Of a DNA stretch of 64,000 nt, positions 9,827 to 20,450 are shown in pieces. A program made the position numbers and the translations under genes. Within the stretch, counting starts at the first letter, position 1, and the number at the start of each line of letters is the position of its first letter. The stretch lies in contig OZ257142.1 in the NCBI GenBank assembly GCA_965279035.1, positions 3,168,001 through 3,232,000 on the forward strand, written 5' to 3'. This DNA is from Bacteroidia bacterium (GTDB lineage Bacteria > Bacteroidota > Bacteroidia > M30B66). The notes under the pieces were generated by a model that was not told where the DNA came from, did not search any database, and saw only the letters and a list, made by a program, of their open reading frames with translations.

Positions 9827-10909
9827 ATGAATCTGGGAAACTTCTCTTTACCTGTTATCTACCTGATTTATATTTTCGGGATGTTTCTCCTTTCGCTGGT
9901 GATTAATGGGATTCTTATTAAATTTTCTCTGAATCTTGGTGCCAAAAACGAAGTAAATCAAGTACGTTGGGCATCTACAACTAAACCAGCTTTTGGTGGC
10001 GTTTCCTTTTTCATTCTATTTCTTGTTTCCATTGTTTTCTTCGCTATATTTTTTGGAAATGGTCAAATTTTGCTCAATGCCAAATTCTTAGGTATTCTCA
10101 TTGCCAGTTCAATGGGTTTCATGATGGGACTTGCCGACGATGCCTACAATACAAAGCCTTTCCTAAAATTCGCGGTTCAGTTTCTTTGCGCTATTCTCTT
10201 TATTGTTACTGATAATTGCATTCAAACCTTTCCCTGGGAATGGCTCAATATCGTACTCACTTTTATTTGGGTAGTTGGTATGATGAATTCAATTAATATG
10301 CTCGATAATATGGATGCTATAACGGCTAGCGTTTCGACCGTTATTTGCTTTGGTATGGCGATGATTCTCGTTTTCAAAGGCGATTTTCTGAATCTCGATC
10401 TTGTGTTATTATTAGGTGTAATTGCTGGGATTGGTGGTTTTCTTTATTATAACTGGAATCCATCACGCATGTACATGGGCGATAGTGGTTCTCAGTTCTT
10501 AGGAGCTTTCCTAGCCGGAATGGCTATTCACTACCTTTGGAATGCACCCGATTATTATGGTCAATATATTCCCGAAAAACAACTCCTTCTCGTTGCCCTT
10601 TTATTTATTGTTCCCATCAGTGACACAACAACAGTCTCAATCAATCGTTTGATGAGAGGCCAAAGTCCATTTGTTGGAGGAAGAGATCATACTACACATC
10701 ATCTTTCTTATATGGGCTTAAGCGATCGACATATTGCCATGCTCATGATCGCTATCTCATTAGGAACTGTTGTATGTGGCGTGTTTATTATCAACAACAT
10801 TGAAACCTGGAGATGGTTTCATTCGTTATTATTTGCATCACTTTTTCTAGTCATTGGCATTGCGCTTTATTCAACAACTAAGTTGAGTAAACCCAAAAGC
10901 AAAACGTGA
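9827..10909 (+). CDS. MraY/WecA-family undecaprenyl-phosphate sugar-1-phosphate transferase
   Basis: Polytopic membrane protein; 'GLADD', 'NSINMLDNMD', 'YMGDSGS', 'RDHTTHHL'. Confidence 0.88.
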   Translation: MNLGNFSLPVIYLIYIFGMFLLSLVINGILIKFSLNLGAKNEVNQVRWASTTKPAFGGVSFFILFLVSIVFFAIFFGNGQILLNAKFLGILIASSMGFMMGLADDAYNTKPFLKFAVQFLCAILFIVTDNCIQTFPWEWLNIVLTFIWVVGMMNSINMLDNMDAITASVSTVICFGMAMILVFKGDFLNLDLVLLLGVIAGIGGFLYYNWNPSRMYMGDSGSQFLGAFLAGMAIHYLWNAPDYYGQYIPEKQLLLVALLFIVPISDTTTVSINRLMRGQSPFVGGRDHTTHHLSYMGLSDRHIAMLMIAISLGTVVCGVFIINNIETWRWFHSLLFASLFLVIGIALYSTTKLSKPKSKT

Positions 10910-11943
10910 AATTCAAAACAATCATTAATCGCATTCCCGGAACTTGGTGGAAAATCATGATATCCATGACCTTTCTCCTTGGAACTCTCGGTTTTGTGAG
11001 GTTGTTTAACTTTTCGACGCGGTTTCAAAGTAACGACGATCTCTACCAAAAATATTTCACCGATAGCTACAAAGTTTTTGCTGTCAATATTCCCAACGAC
11101 CTCAATTTTGCAGGAGAACCTGTTCCACTTCAGGATTTCGAAGTGCGCGAACGGGTTGATCGAGAATTCCTTGTAAACACCTATTGGCAATCACAAACGC
11201 TACTTTTAGCAAAACGTTCCAATCGCTGGTTTCCTATTATAACCCCAATTCTCAAACGAAATGGAATTCCTGAGGATTTTAAATACCTCGCCGTTGTTGA
11301 AAGTGGCTTCATGCATGGTGTTTCGAGCAAAGGAGCAGCAGGCTACTGGCAATTTATTCCGAGCACTGCCGAAGCGTATGGCTTAACCGTAAACGAAGAG
11401 ATCGACGAACGCTATCACGTTGAAAAATCGACTGAAGCAGCATGTAGATTATTCAAGGAAGCCTACAAAGAATTAGGAAATTGGACACTCGTAGCAGCTT
11501 CGTTCAATATTGGACTCAATGGCTTACAGCGACAAATGATTCGTCAAAAAGTAACGAATTATTATGATTTACTGTTGAATGAGGAAACTGCACGGTATGT
11601 ATTTCGTGTTTTAGCAATGAAAGAAATACTGAGCAATCCTCGTCGCTATGGATTTATCTACCGTAAAAAAGACCTATATCCACCTTTACCTAGCAAGACA
11701 ATTAACGTGGATACCAGTATTACCGATTTGGCATCTTTCGCCGAAAATTTAGGCTTGAATTACAAACTCCTGAAATATTTTAATCCTTGGCTTAGATCAG
11801 AAACTTTGACAAATCCAGAGGGGAAAAAATTCCAACTAAAAATTCCACCTCCAAGTGTAAAAAATTACGATGCTTTAATGAGAATGGCCGATGCTGAAAT
11901 GGCTCCTGCTGCGATTCCTGTTAGCGATTCACTTGGAAATTAA
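10906..11943 (+). CDS. Lytic transglycosylase (SLT domain, MltD-like)
   Basis: 'YLAVVESG', 'GAAGYWQF', 'ETARYVFR'. GTG start overlaps the upstream stop; true start may be a later ATG. Confidence 0.88.
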   Translation: MKFKTIINRIPGTWWKIMISMTFLLGTLGFVRLFNFSTRFQSNDDLYQKYFTDSYKVFAVNIPNDLNFAGEPVPLQDFEVRERVDREFLVNTYWQSQTLLLAKRSNRWFPIITPILKRNGIPEDFKYLAVVESGFMHGVSSKGAAGYWQFIPSTAEAYGLTVNEEIDERYHVEKSTEAACRLFKEAYKELGNWTLVAASFNIGLNGLQRQMIRQKVTNYYDLLLNEETARYVFRVLAMKEILSNPRRYGFIYRKKDLYPPLPSKTINVDTSITDLASFAENLGLNYKLLKYFNPWLRSETLTNPEGKKFQLKIPPPSVKNYDALMRMADAEMAPAAIPVSDSLGN

Positions 11944-13418
11944 GGCAATTGCCAAATCACCGAATTTCCTGTTCCAACTTCATTTTCCTCCCAGATTGGA
12001 TTGCCTGGATCATTTATCCATGTGCCATCAACAATGTATTTATACAGATGCTTCCCTGGACTTAGATAGATCGAAAATGTCCATCCTTGCTCGGTCTTCT
12101 TCATCTTTAAATTACTTGTATCCCAAGAATTAAAATCGCCAGAGAGGATAACTTCCTTCGCATTCAAATAATCTTTCAAAGTAAATGTTTGATTGGCTCC
12201 AAGAATGAGGAGCGAATTCGCATTTCCAGTATTATCCTTTGAAACGAGTTCATTGTTAGGATCTAAAATCCATACATTATCGACAATAAATTTATAGGAA
12301 TAATTGCCCGCTTTTAATACATAAGGAAGCACCCAACCCGAATCGGTTTTCGATAAGGCTAATTCATCTGGATTCCAATTATTAAAATCTCCCGAGAGCA
12401 TTACTCGTTGGGCATTTGTATATCCTTTCAACCGAAATAAATAAGGAGTTCCGATAGAAATAACTGAATTAAATCCACCATTGGAATCATCTACTTTTCT
12501 TGGATTTGTAGAATCATTTATCCAATTACCATCAATTATGAATTTGTATAAATAGGTTCCATCTTCTAAATAAATGGGGAGTTCCCAGCCATCTTCTACT
12601 CTATTCATTTCGATTTCACGTTCATCCCATGAATTAAAACTACCAGCTAAAATTACTCGACGCGCTTCGGTATTTCCAGCTAGTTTGAATTTATAATTCG
12701 ATTTGTAACACACCGAATTTTTCCCATCAAATCCATCGTTTTCAGTTACTTTATTATTGGGGTCTTCCATCCAACGACCATCAACAATAAATTTATATAG
12801 GTGTTTTCCTGATTTTAATGGAATGGAAATTTGCCATCCCGAATTCGATTTACTTAGAGGGCTGCCCGATAAACTCCAATTATTAAATGAACCTGAAATG
12901 AAAACACTTGAAGCTTTTTGAAATCCTTCCAATTGAAATAAAGAGGTTCCATCGGCATTTTCTACAGGTTGAAAATCCTTCTTTTTGTAATTATTTACTC
13001 CGTACTTTTTAATCATTACTGGAATACCTGAAAACATTGAATCTTGAATAGAAGATGTCATGAGGTACTTCAACATTTCATCAAGCCCATTCATTTCTAC
13101 AATTGGCTTGAGTAATTCAATTGATTTCTTATTGATTTTATAAATCCATCCACCTTGCTCCGATTTAGACCAATTTCCTGAATGCAAACTCTCAATCAAT
13201 CCGATATCTTGTAAGTCAAAATGTCGAATTAAACTATCCACCTGAGCCGAATCATAAGGCATAGGCACTGAAATAATCATATTGCCATCTTCAATTTTAC
13301 AATTTGGTGGATTGCCTGTTTGTGCTTTGCTTGAATTTGGATAAGCAAGTAAGGTCACACCTATAAACAAGAGGTATACGAATGACTTATAAAAAGAAAA
13401 ATTCCACCTCATTCCCAT
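11940..13418 (-). CDS. Exported protein with four tandem AMPK-beta/CBM48-like glycogen-binding modules; no catalytic domain seen
   Basis: Signal peptide ending SKA-Q; four repeats of V.(I/L)(S/A)G(S/D)FN.W...GW...L..G...YK(F/Y)I(V/I)D..W..D..N......G..NS. Confidence 0.85.
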   Translation of the reverse strand: MGMRWNFSFYKSFVYLLFIGVTLLAYPNSSKAQTGNPPNCKIEDGNMIISVPMPYDSAQVDSLIRHFDLQDIGLIESLHSGNWSKSEQGGWIYKINKKSIELLKPIVEMNGLDEMLKYLMTSSIQDSMFSGIPVMIKKYGVNNYKKKDFQPVENADGTSLFQLEGFQKASSVFISGSFNNWSLSGSPLSKSNSGWQISIPLKSGKHLYKFIVDGRWMEDPNNKVTENDGFDGKNSVCYKSNYKFKLAGNTEARRVILAGSFNSWDEREIEMNRVEDGWELPIYLEDGTYLYKFIIDGNWINDSTNPRKVDDSNGGFNSVISIGTPYLFRLKGYTNAQRVMLSGDFNNWNPDELALSKTDSGWVLPYVLKAGNYSYKFIVDNVWILDPNNELVSKDNTGNANSLLILGANQTFTLKDYLNAKEVILSGDFNSWDTSNLKMKKTEQGWTFSIYLSPGKHLYKYIVDGTWINDPGNPIWEENEVGTGNSVIWQLP

Positions 13419-14392
13419 ATATACATTTCTCCTTTCATGAAATTGATTCCCATATCACGACGAGCAATAAAGCCATAACCTAACATGCCATCGATACTTG
13501 TTTCATAAGCTGATCTCATCGCATTGAGATTCGTTATTATGACATCTAGTTTACTAAACAAAATTCCATCGACTAATAATTCTGAAATTTCCCCACTCAA
13601 AATATCAACTTTATTATTTCCAGCTCCATTGAGTGTATTCCGCTTAGTTAAAGTAACCAATTCAAATACTTTTTTCGAAGCACCCGAATGCAACACATTG
13701 GTTTCGGCTCCTGTATCAAAGTAAAATCGAAGTTTCCTTTCATTAATCGTAACATTAATCAATATGAGTCCATTCTCTTGAGAAATTTGAATGGGTTTAT
13801 TGGGGTATTTCAGAGTTGAATCTTCAGCCAATCGTACTCCTTTTTTTGAAAGACGATAGAGTACAATTTCACTTTCTCCAATATGAAAATGGATTTCTAG
13901 GCGCTTAAGTAGATTTAATCCAAACAATCCCAATATTTTAACGCCTTTATTCGACTCCAAATGCCCAAGAGGAATCACATCGGCATCGACTTTTGTAAAA
14001 AATAATCCAGGAGAAATTTCGAGATGTTTCACTAAGGTTTGATTTCCTTCGCCAGCACCACCCGTAATTCCCGCAGCCATCACTGAACCATAACGTGGAT
14101 AATCACGGAAATAGGTTTTGTTCAATACTAAATGTGGCGCACCTGTATCTAAAATTAAATTCCCAACAAGCGAGTCAATCCGAACCTCCAATAACAACAG
14201 ATTCCCAGAACGTTTAATGGGAATTCGAACTTTCAATGCATCACCTTGTGGAATAGGATCAGGAAATTCTGAATAACGACCTCTCTTTTTAATTTGGGGA
14301 AATGAGGATGCATGCGTGTCAATTCCTAACCATAAACTGGAAACGATAAAACAGAGAAATCCAAAAAATAGGTAGCTGTTTCTAGGATGCAT
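13409..14392 (-). CDS. Exported tandem retropepsin-like (double DTG) aspartic protease
   Basis: 'LILDTGA' + 'ILGLFG' and 'FYFDTGA' + 'IDGMLG'. Start moved to ATG 14392 ([15 protein letters not shown], signal-like), because the longer ORF to 14539 overlaps uvrA. Confidence 0.85.
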   Translation of the reverse strand: MHPRNSYLFFGFLCFIVSSLWLGIDTHASSFPQIKKRGRYSEFPDPIPQGDALKVRIPIKRSGNLLLLEVRIDSLVGNLILDTGAPHLVLNKTYFRDYPRYGSVMAAGITGGAGEGNQTLVKHLEISPGLFFTKVDADVIPLGHLESNKGVKILGLFGLNLLKRLEIHFHIGESEIVLYRLSKKGVRLAEDSTLKYPNKPIQISQENGLILINVTINERKLRFYFDTGAETNVLHSGASKKVFELVTLTKRNTLNGAGNNKVDILSGEISELLVDGILFSKLDVIITNLNAMRSAYETSIDGMLGYGFIARRDMGINFMKGEMYIWE

Positions 14393-14457
14393 TCGAAAAC
14401 AAATGTACGAAAGGAGGAAAGAGCACAAGCAATAGCTAAATCGGCAAACAAAATGAC

Positions 14458-14465
14458 TAATTTCG
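14458..14465 (+). promoter_or_regulatory. Putative Bacteroidota -7 promoter element for uvrA
   Basis: TAATTTCG, one mismatch to TAnnTTTG, ending 14 nt before ATG 14480. Confidence 0.45.
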
Positions 14466-14479
14466 CGGTTTGTTTTTCC

Positions 14480-17332
14480 ATGGATATAATCGATTCCGTA
14501 GGCGATGCTTCTATTGAAGTGTATGGTGCCCGCGAACATAATCTCAAAAACATAGACGTGAGTATTCCTCGCAACAAGCTGGTTGTTATAACCGGATTGA
14601 GTGGAAGTGGAAAATCATCTTTGGCTTTTGATACTATTTATGCTGAAGGACAACGACGTTACATCGAAAGCTTCTCAGCCTATGCAAGACAGTTCCTTGG
14701 TAATATGGAACGTCCCGAGGTTGATAAAATAACAGGATTAAGTCCTGTCATTTCCATAGAACAAAAAACGACAGGTAAAAATCCAAGATCAACTGTAGGA
14801 ACTATAACCGAGATCTACGATTTTTTACGATTGCTTTTCGCCCGTGCTGGTGAAGCGTATTCGTATGTAACGGGCGAAAAAATGATCCGTTATTCTGAAC
14901 AACAAATTCAAGCTCTCATTCTTCAGGATTATGCCGACAAAAAAATAAGTCTACTTTCTCCGGTTGTAAAAGGTCGTAAAGGACATTATCGTGAGCTCTT
15001 TGAGCAAATCCGAAAAATGGGCTATCTCAAAGTTCGGGTGGATGGAAAAGTTCTGGACATCACCTTTGGGATGAAACTCGACCGCTACAAAGTGCATGAT
15101 ATTGAGATTGTAGTTGATCGCATTGAGGTGAAAGATGATGTTGCTCAGCGTATTTCTGAATCACTCAAACTTGCCATGAAACATGGGAAAGGAAGTATGA
15201 TGGTTTTGGATGCAGATACGGATGAAGTGCGCCATTTCAGTCGTTTTCTCATGTGCCCAACATCGGGTATTTCATACGACGAGCCAGCACCTAACCTCTT
15301 CTCTTTCAATTCTCCTTATGGTGCATGTCCACGCTGTCATGGTTTAGGGAAAGTGACAGAAGTAGATTTAAATAAAATTATCCCCGATCCTAAAAAGAGC
15401 TTGCGAAATGGTGGTATTGTTCCATTGGGAGAATACAAAAACAATTGGATTTTTGCCCAAATCGAAGCCATTGCCGATAAGTATGGATTCAATTTAAAAG
15501 ATCCGATTGAAGACATTGATGAATCTGCTATTAATGCTATTCTGTATGGTACAGAAGAAATTCTGAAAATCAAGAATCCAAATTACAATGCGGGTGGTTA
15601 TGCCATGCAGTTTAACGGAATTGTCAATTTCATCACCGATCAACACGAAGAAAGTTCCTCTGAGAACACGAAAAGTTGGGCACTCGAATACATGAACGAT
15701 GTGGAATGCCCAGAATGCCATGGAGATCGTGTGAAGAAAGAAGCACTTTGGTTTAAAATCGATGGGAGAAATATTGGTGAACTAGCACGACTCGATATTG
15801 CCCATTTAGAATCTTGGTTTTCTGGAATTGAGCAACGTATGGAAGATCGCCAGCTTGCTATTGCTCAAGAAGTGGTGAAGGAAATCAGAACACGAATTGG
15901 ATTCTTGATGGATGTTGGATTAGAATATTTGACATTGAATCGAAGTGCGGGAAGCCTTTCTGGTGGAGAATCGCAGCGAATTCGTTTAGCTACTCAAATT
16001 GGTTCTAAGCTCGTTGGTGTACTTTATATTTTGGATGAACCTAGTATTGGATTGCATCAACGCGATAATGTTCGATTAATTAAAGCACTTCAAGAATTAA
16101 GAGATTCTGGTAATTCTGTTTTAGTTGTAGAACACGATAAAGACATGATCATGGCTGCCGATCATGTGATTGATATTGGTCCGGGAGCCGGAGTTCATGG
16201 TGGAAAAGTAGTTGCCCAAGGAACAGGACTTTCATTGATGAGTGGTGATTCATTGACAGCAAAATACCTTCGTCACGAAATTGAAATTGCCGTTCCAACT
16301 GAACGTAGAAAAGGGAATGGGAAAAAGTTGAAACTCTCTCACGCCAGTGGAAATAATTTGAAGGATGTTACAGTTGAATTTCCTTTAGGGATGCTCATTT
16401 GTGTTTCGGGTGTTTCAGGAAGTGGGAAGTCGACTTTAATCAATGAAACCCTCTACCCTATTCTTAGTCAGCACTTTTTCCGTTCGAATAAAAAACCACT
16501 TGCTTACAAGAAAATCGAAGGTTTACAGCATATCGATAAAGTAATCGACATTGATCAAAGCCCCATTGGACGAACGCCTCGTTCCAATCCAGCAACGTAT
16601 ACGAATGTATTTTCTGATATCCGAAATCTGTTTGCATCACTTCCTGAAGCGAGTATCCGAGGATATAAAGCAGGGCGTTTTTCGTTCAATGTTAAAGGTG
16701 GAAGATGCGAGACCTGTAGTGGTGGTGGAATGCAAGTAATTGAAATGAATTTCCTGCCGGATGTATATGTTCAATGTCCATCCTGCCAAGGAAAACGTTA
16801 CAACCGTGAAACGCTGGAAGTACGATACAAAGGAAAATCGATCAGCGATGTACTCAATATGACCATTGATATGGCTGTTGAATTTTTCGGAAATATCCCT
16901 TCTATACTGCATAAGATAAAAACATTGCAAGATGTTGGTTTAGGATATATTTCACTTGGTCAATCTTCTACAACACTGAGTGGTGGCGAGGCTCAACGAG
17001 TAAAATTAGCAACAGAGCTTTCTAAAAAAGATACAGGTAGCACCTTTTACATTTTAGATGAACCAACTACAGGTTTGCATTTCGAGGATATACGTATATT
17101 GCTCGACGTGCTTCAAAAACTGGTTGATAGAGGAAATACTGTTTTGATTATTGAACATAATCTTGATATTATCAAAGTAGCAGATTATCTTATCGATATT
17201 GGCCCTGAAGGTGGAGCTCGGGGTGGAACTGTTATCGCAGCCGGAACACCTGAATTTGTATCTCAACATCCAACAAGCTACACAGCCGAATTTTTAAAAA
17301 AAGAACTTAACGCAATCACTTATGGACATTAA
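14480..17332 (+). CDS. uvrA: Excinuclease ABC subunit A
   Basis: 'GAREHNLKN', two Walker A motifs ([16 protein letters not shown]), LSGGE signatures, Zn fingers; likely start ATG 14480. Confidence 0.98.
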   Translation: MDIIDSVGDASIEVYGAREHNLKNIDVSIPRNKLVVITGLSGSGKSSLAFDTIYAEGQRRYIESFSAYARQFLGNMERPEVDKITGLSPVISIEQKTTGKNPRSTVGTITEIYDFLRLLFARAGEAYSYVTGEKMIRYSEQQIQALILQDYADKKISLLSPVVKGRKGHYRELFEQIRKMGYLKVRVDGKVLDITFGMKLDRYKVHDIEIVVDRIEVKDDVAQRISESLKLAMKHGKGSMMVLDADTDEVRHFSRFLMCPTSGISYDEPAPNLFSFNSPYGACPRCHGLGKVTEVDLNKIIPDPKKSLRNGGIVPLGEYKNNWIFAQIEAIADKYGFNLKDPIEDIDESAINAILYGTEEILKIKNPNYNAGGYAMQFNGIVNFITDQHEESSSENTKSWALEYMNDVECPECHGDRVKKEALWFKIDGRNIGELARLDIAHLESWFSGIEQRMEDRQLAIAQEVVKEIRTRIGFLMDVGLEYLTLNRSAGSLSGGESQRIRLATQIGSKLVGVLYILDEPSIGLHQRDNVRLIKALQELRDSGNSVLVVEHDKDMIMAADHVIDIGPGAGVHGGKVVAQGTGLSLMSGDSLTAKYLRHEIEIAVPTERRKGNGKKLKLSHASGNNLKDVTVEFPLGMLICVSGVSGSGKSTLINETLYPILSQHFFRSNKKPLAYKKIEGLQHIDKVIDIDQSPIGRTPRSNPATYTNVFSDIRNLFASLPEASIRGYKAGRFSFNVKGGRCETCSGGGMQVIEMNFLPDVYVQCPSCQGKRYNRETLEVRYKGKSISDVLNMTIDMAVEFFGNIPSILHKIKTLQDVGLGYISLGQSSTTLSGGEAQRVKLATELSKKDTGSTFYILDEPTTGLHFEDIRILLDVLQKLVDRGNTVLIIEHNLDIIKVADYLIDIGPEGGARGGTVIAAGTPEFVSQHPTSYTAEFLKKELNAITYGH

Positions 17333-18047
17333 CAAAAAAAGTGGTCACGAAGATAAAATCATCGAGGCATTTAAAGAGAAAGACAATTTTGAAATTAAGA
17401 CAACCAACTCTTGGCAGATCTTTAAGATTATGGCTGAGTTTGTTGAAGGATTTGAAAAGCTTGGAAAAATTGGACCATGCGTTTCGATTTTTGGATCGGC
17501 ACGTTCTAAACCAGAAGATCCATATTACATCATGGCCGAAGATATTGCCTATCGTTTAACCATGGAGGGTTATGGGATTATTACTGGAGGCGGACCAGGT
17601 ATTATGGAAGCTGGAAATAAAGGAGCACATCGTGGAGGTGGAAAATCAGTAGGATTAAACATCGTACTTCCTCATGAACAAGAAGGAAATCGCTTTATTG
17701 ATCGCGATAAGATTATCAATTTCGATTACTTCTTCGTACGTAAAGTGATGTTTATGAAATACGCACAGGGTTTTGTTATTATGCCTGGCGGATTTGGAAC
17801 ATTAGATGAATTTTTTGAAGCCATCACCTTAATTCAAACGAATAAAATTGCCCGTTTCCCATTGGTACTTGTTGGAAAGAAATTCTGGGGTGGTTTAGTT
17901 GAATGGGTGAAAGAACAACAAATGCGAGAAAACCCATTCATTGCAGAAGAAGATTTGAACTTATTCAGTTTGGTTGATACGCCCGAAGAAGCTGTACAAG
18001 CGATCAATGATTTCTATAATAAATATATGTTCCGTCCGAATTTCTAA
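17322..18047 (+). CDS. LOG-family (TIGR00730) nucleotide phosphoribohydrolase
   Basis: 'VSIFGSAR', 'TGGGPGIMEAGN', 'PGGFGTLDE'. Confidence 0.92.
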   Translation: MDINKKSGHEDKIIEAFKEKDNFEIKTTNSWQIFKIMAEFVEGFEKLGKIGPCVSIFGSARSKPEDPYYIMAEDIAYRLTMEGYGIITGGGPGIMEAGNKGAHRGGGKSVGLNIVLPHEQEGNRFIDRDKIINFDYFFVRKVMFMKYAQGFVIMPGGFGTLDEFFEAITLIQTNKIARFPLVLVGKKFWGGLVEWVKEQQMRENPFIAEEDLNLFSLVDTPEEAVQAINDFYNKYMFRPNF

Positions 18048-18319
18048 ATGAACTATCAAACACATTCGTTTGAAATAATTGAAACCCATTAAAATTCAAT
18101 TAAGACATCGAACAAATATGATAATTGAGCGTATATCGAACCTGCTTTGAAGACAATTTCTTCAAATCAATCAGATAAAAAGTATGAATCATCTTGATGA
18201 ATTTGATTTTAAAAACAAATTAAAATTGGATTCAATTGATGAAAAAAATTGCAAACACACCTGAATGCAGATTGAACTGAAATAAAAAAATATACATTTA
18301 CCGCAATAAAATAGCCTCT

Positions 18320-18676
18320 ATGAGTTCAGATAGCAGCCTTTACGACTTAACTATGATTCGAGAAATAGCTCATGGTAATAACGATTTCGTAAAGAAGATG
18401 ATGTCTTTATTTATTGAAACGATGCCTCCAGCAATTCAAGAATTAAAACAGCATTTATCGGATAGGAATTGGGCGAGTTTAGGTGCAGTTGCTCATAAAA
18501 TCAAGCCATCTATTGATACAATGGGAATTGAAAGTCTAAAAGAAGACATCCGATCACTAGAGCGTTATGGCAAAGAGATGAGTAATTTGGATGAAATACC
18601 AAGCTTAATGCAAAAGGTAGAAGATATATTGCAACGTGTAATTGATGATTTACAATCAGAACTTGCAGCTGGTTAA
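18320..18676 (+). CDS. Stand-alone Hpt (histidine phosphotransfer) domain protein
   Basis: 118 aa, helical; 'LGAVAHKIKPS...MG' Hpt motif. Confidence 0.85.
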   Translation: MSSDSSLYDLTMIREIAHGNNDFVKKMMSLFIETMPPAIQELKQHLSDRNWASLGAVAHKIKPSIDTMGIESLKEDIRSLERYGKEMSNLDEIPSLMQKVEDILQRVIDDLQSELAAG

Positions 18677-18689
18677 GACCAAATAGATT

Positions 18690-18725
18690 AAATAAAAAAT
18701 CCCGCCTAAGCGGGATTTTTTATTT
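18690..18725. terminator. Bidirectional intrinsic terminator
   Basis: AAATAAAAAATCCCGC-CTAA-GCGGGATTTTTTATTT between convergent genes. Confidence 0.85.
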
Positions 18726-19514
18726 AACAGATATAAGTTCAACATTAAAAATCAAACGAGACTTAGGTGGAATAAGCGGAGGTCTTCCACTTTCTCCATA
18801 CGCTAGGTTATAAGGAATCGATAACAATGCTTTTCCTCCTTCGTTTAAGTATCCAATCCCTTCGTCCCATCCTGGAATAACCATTCCAGCACCAATGCGA
18901 AAAGTAATCGGTTGTCCTCTCAATACGGAAGAATCGAAAATATCACCGTTTTCTAGAAAACCAGTATAATGCACTTCGACTGTTTTACCTCTTTCGGCCT
19001 TTGCTCCTTTTCCTTGTTCAACAATATTGTATTCTAAACCAGAAGCCGTAATAACTTTTTGTTTTGCTTTGACAATAAACGGCTTAGGAGCAAAATCTTT
19101 AAAAACATCTAAAACTTCAACATCAAAAATCAAATAAGATCCGGCAGGTATTTTAGGCATTGGCGTATCGCCGTATCCAAGATCTGGAGGAATGGTTAAG
19201 ATTGCCTTATCACCAACTTTTAAAAGTTGAAAAGCTTCATCCCAGCCCGCAATCGCTTGTTTCATTCCTATCACAAATTCGAAAGGCTGATTACGCTCTC
19301 TTGAACTGTCGAATTTACGGCCATCCACAAGAGTTCCGGAATAATGGACTTTCACTTTGTCCCCTTTTGCTACCGTTCTTCCTTTGCCAGCATGGGTGAG
19401 TTTTATCTTTAAACCACTGGCTGTGGTAACCTCTTCATCCACTTTCAGTTTCAGTGATTGGGAGTTGAGCGAGCTCCATGAAAGAAAAAGAAACGAAAAA
19501 AGAAGTACTCTCAT
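18720..19514 (-). CDS. FKBP-type peptidyl-prolyl isomerase with two FKBP domains and a signal peptide
   Basis: Two copies of 'VHY.G.L..G..FDSS..R..P..F..G....I.GWDE'. Confidence 0.93.
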   Translation of the reverse strand: MRVLLFSFLFLSWSSLNSQSLKLKVDEEVTTASGLKIKLTHAGKGRTVAKGDKVKVHYSGTLVDGRKFDSSRERNQPFEFVIGMKQAIAGWDEAFQLLKVGDKAILTIPPDLGYGDTPMPKIPAGSYLIFDVEVLDVFKDFAPKPFIVKAKQKVITASGLEYNIVEQGKGAKAERGKTVEVHYTGFLENGDIFDSSVLRGQPITFRIGAGMVIPGWDEGIGYLNEGGKALLSIPYNLAYGESGRPPLIPPKSRLIFNVELISVK

Positions 19515-19516
19515 AA

Positions 19517-20449
19517 TTATTCAGCTTTAATCAACTCAACCTCAAAAATAAGAGAAGAATTTGAAGGAATAGACCCCATATTTCTAGGACCATAACCTAA
19601 CCATGAAGGTATCATTAGCGTTGCTTTAGAACCTATCTCAAGTGCGGCAATTCCTTCATCCCAGCCTTTAATTACAGAACCATTTCCTAATGGAAAAGAA
19701 ATTGGCTCCTTACGTTCAATACTCGAATCGAACACAGTTCCATCCAATAATTTCCCTGTATAATGTACTGTAACAGTTTGACCTACAATAGGCTTCACAC
19801 CATTACCTGGAGTACGACGAATAATAATCAAACCACTTGGCTCGGGTGCTATATTATCTCCATTCGCTTGCATTTTAGCAATCAACAAGCCCATTTCTTT
19901 TTCACGTTGTGTTTGCATATTCACTTGAGATATAGAATCTAAAACAGCTTGTTTTTTCTTCATTTCATCCAAAGTACTTATTTCTGCTAAGCCAATCTCA
20001 AAGCGAATTTTTTGACCCGGAGTGCAAAATGGAGGAAGTGTTTCTAAATGAACTGTTTTTAAGAAAAAAGAATCTGCGGGAACTAAAAAAGTGGTGGAAT
20101 CTCCCAAATGCATCATGGAGATACCTTCAATCAAATCCCCTTTATATTCTGGCTTTCCAACTTGAATCGAAATAAATCCAGCAGGATTAACTTTTGAATC
20201 AAATAATAAAGAATCTACATTACCAATTTGCATGTAATAACGCGCTCTAATCGACACGATATCATCTTTTACTGGCACTTTAGCATCTTTATTTTTTCGA
20301 ATGTTTTTGTATAATAAACCGTTTGGACTTACCGAAAATCCTTTGGGAATCTCGTTTTTAGAATTTGTTTGAGCAGTTAAATCGATTGTTTTTAAACTCA
20401 AACAAATTGCTGCTATTCCTACAAGAAAATGGAGTCTTTTATTCTTCAT
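19517..20449 (-). CDS. FKBP-type PPIase (divergent N-terminal and canonical C-terminal FKBP domains)
   Basis: 'VHYTGKLLDGTVFDSS', 'VIKGWDEG'; N-terminal 'LLFDS...EGISMMHLGD'. Confidence 0.9.
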   Translation of the reverse strand: MKNKRLHFLVGIAAICLSLKTIDLTAQTNSKNEIPKGFSVSPNGLLYKNIRKNKDAKVPVKDDIVSIRARYYMQIGNVDSLLFDSKVNPAGFISIQVGKPEYKGDLIEGISMMHLGDSTTFLVPADSFFLKTVHLETLPPFCTPGQKIRFEIGLAEISTLDEMKKKQAVLDSISQVNMQTQREKEMGLLIAKMQANGDNIAPEPSGLIIIRRTPGNGVKPIVGQTVTVHYTGKLLDGTVFDSSIERKEPISFPLGNGSVIKGWDEGIAALEIGSKATLMIPSWLGYGPRNMGSIPSNSSLIFEVELIKAE

Positions 20450-20450
20450 C

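Noticed and set aside
14326-14577. Apparent overlap of uvrA (from 14387), the protease (to 14539) and an 83-aa ORF
   Set aside because: An artefact of longest-ORF starts; starts at 14480 and 14392 leave a normal divergent promoter gap
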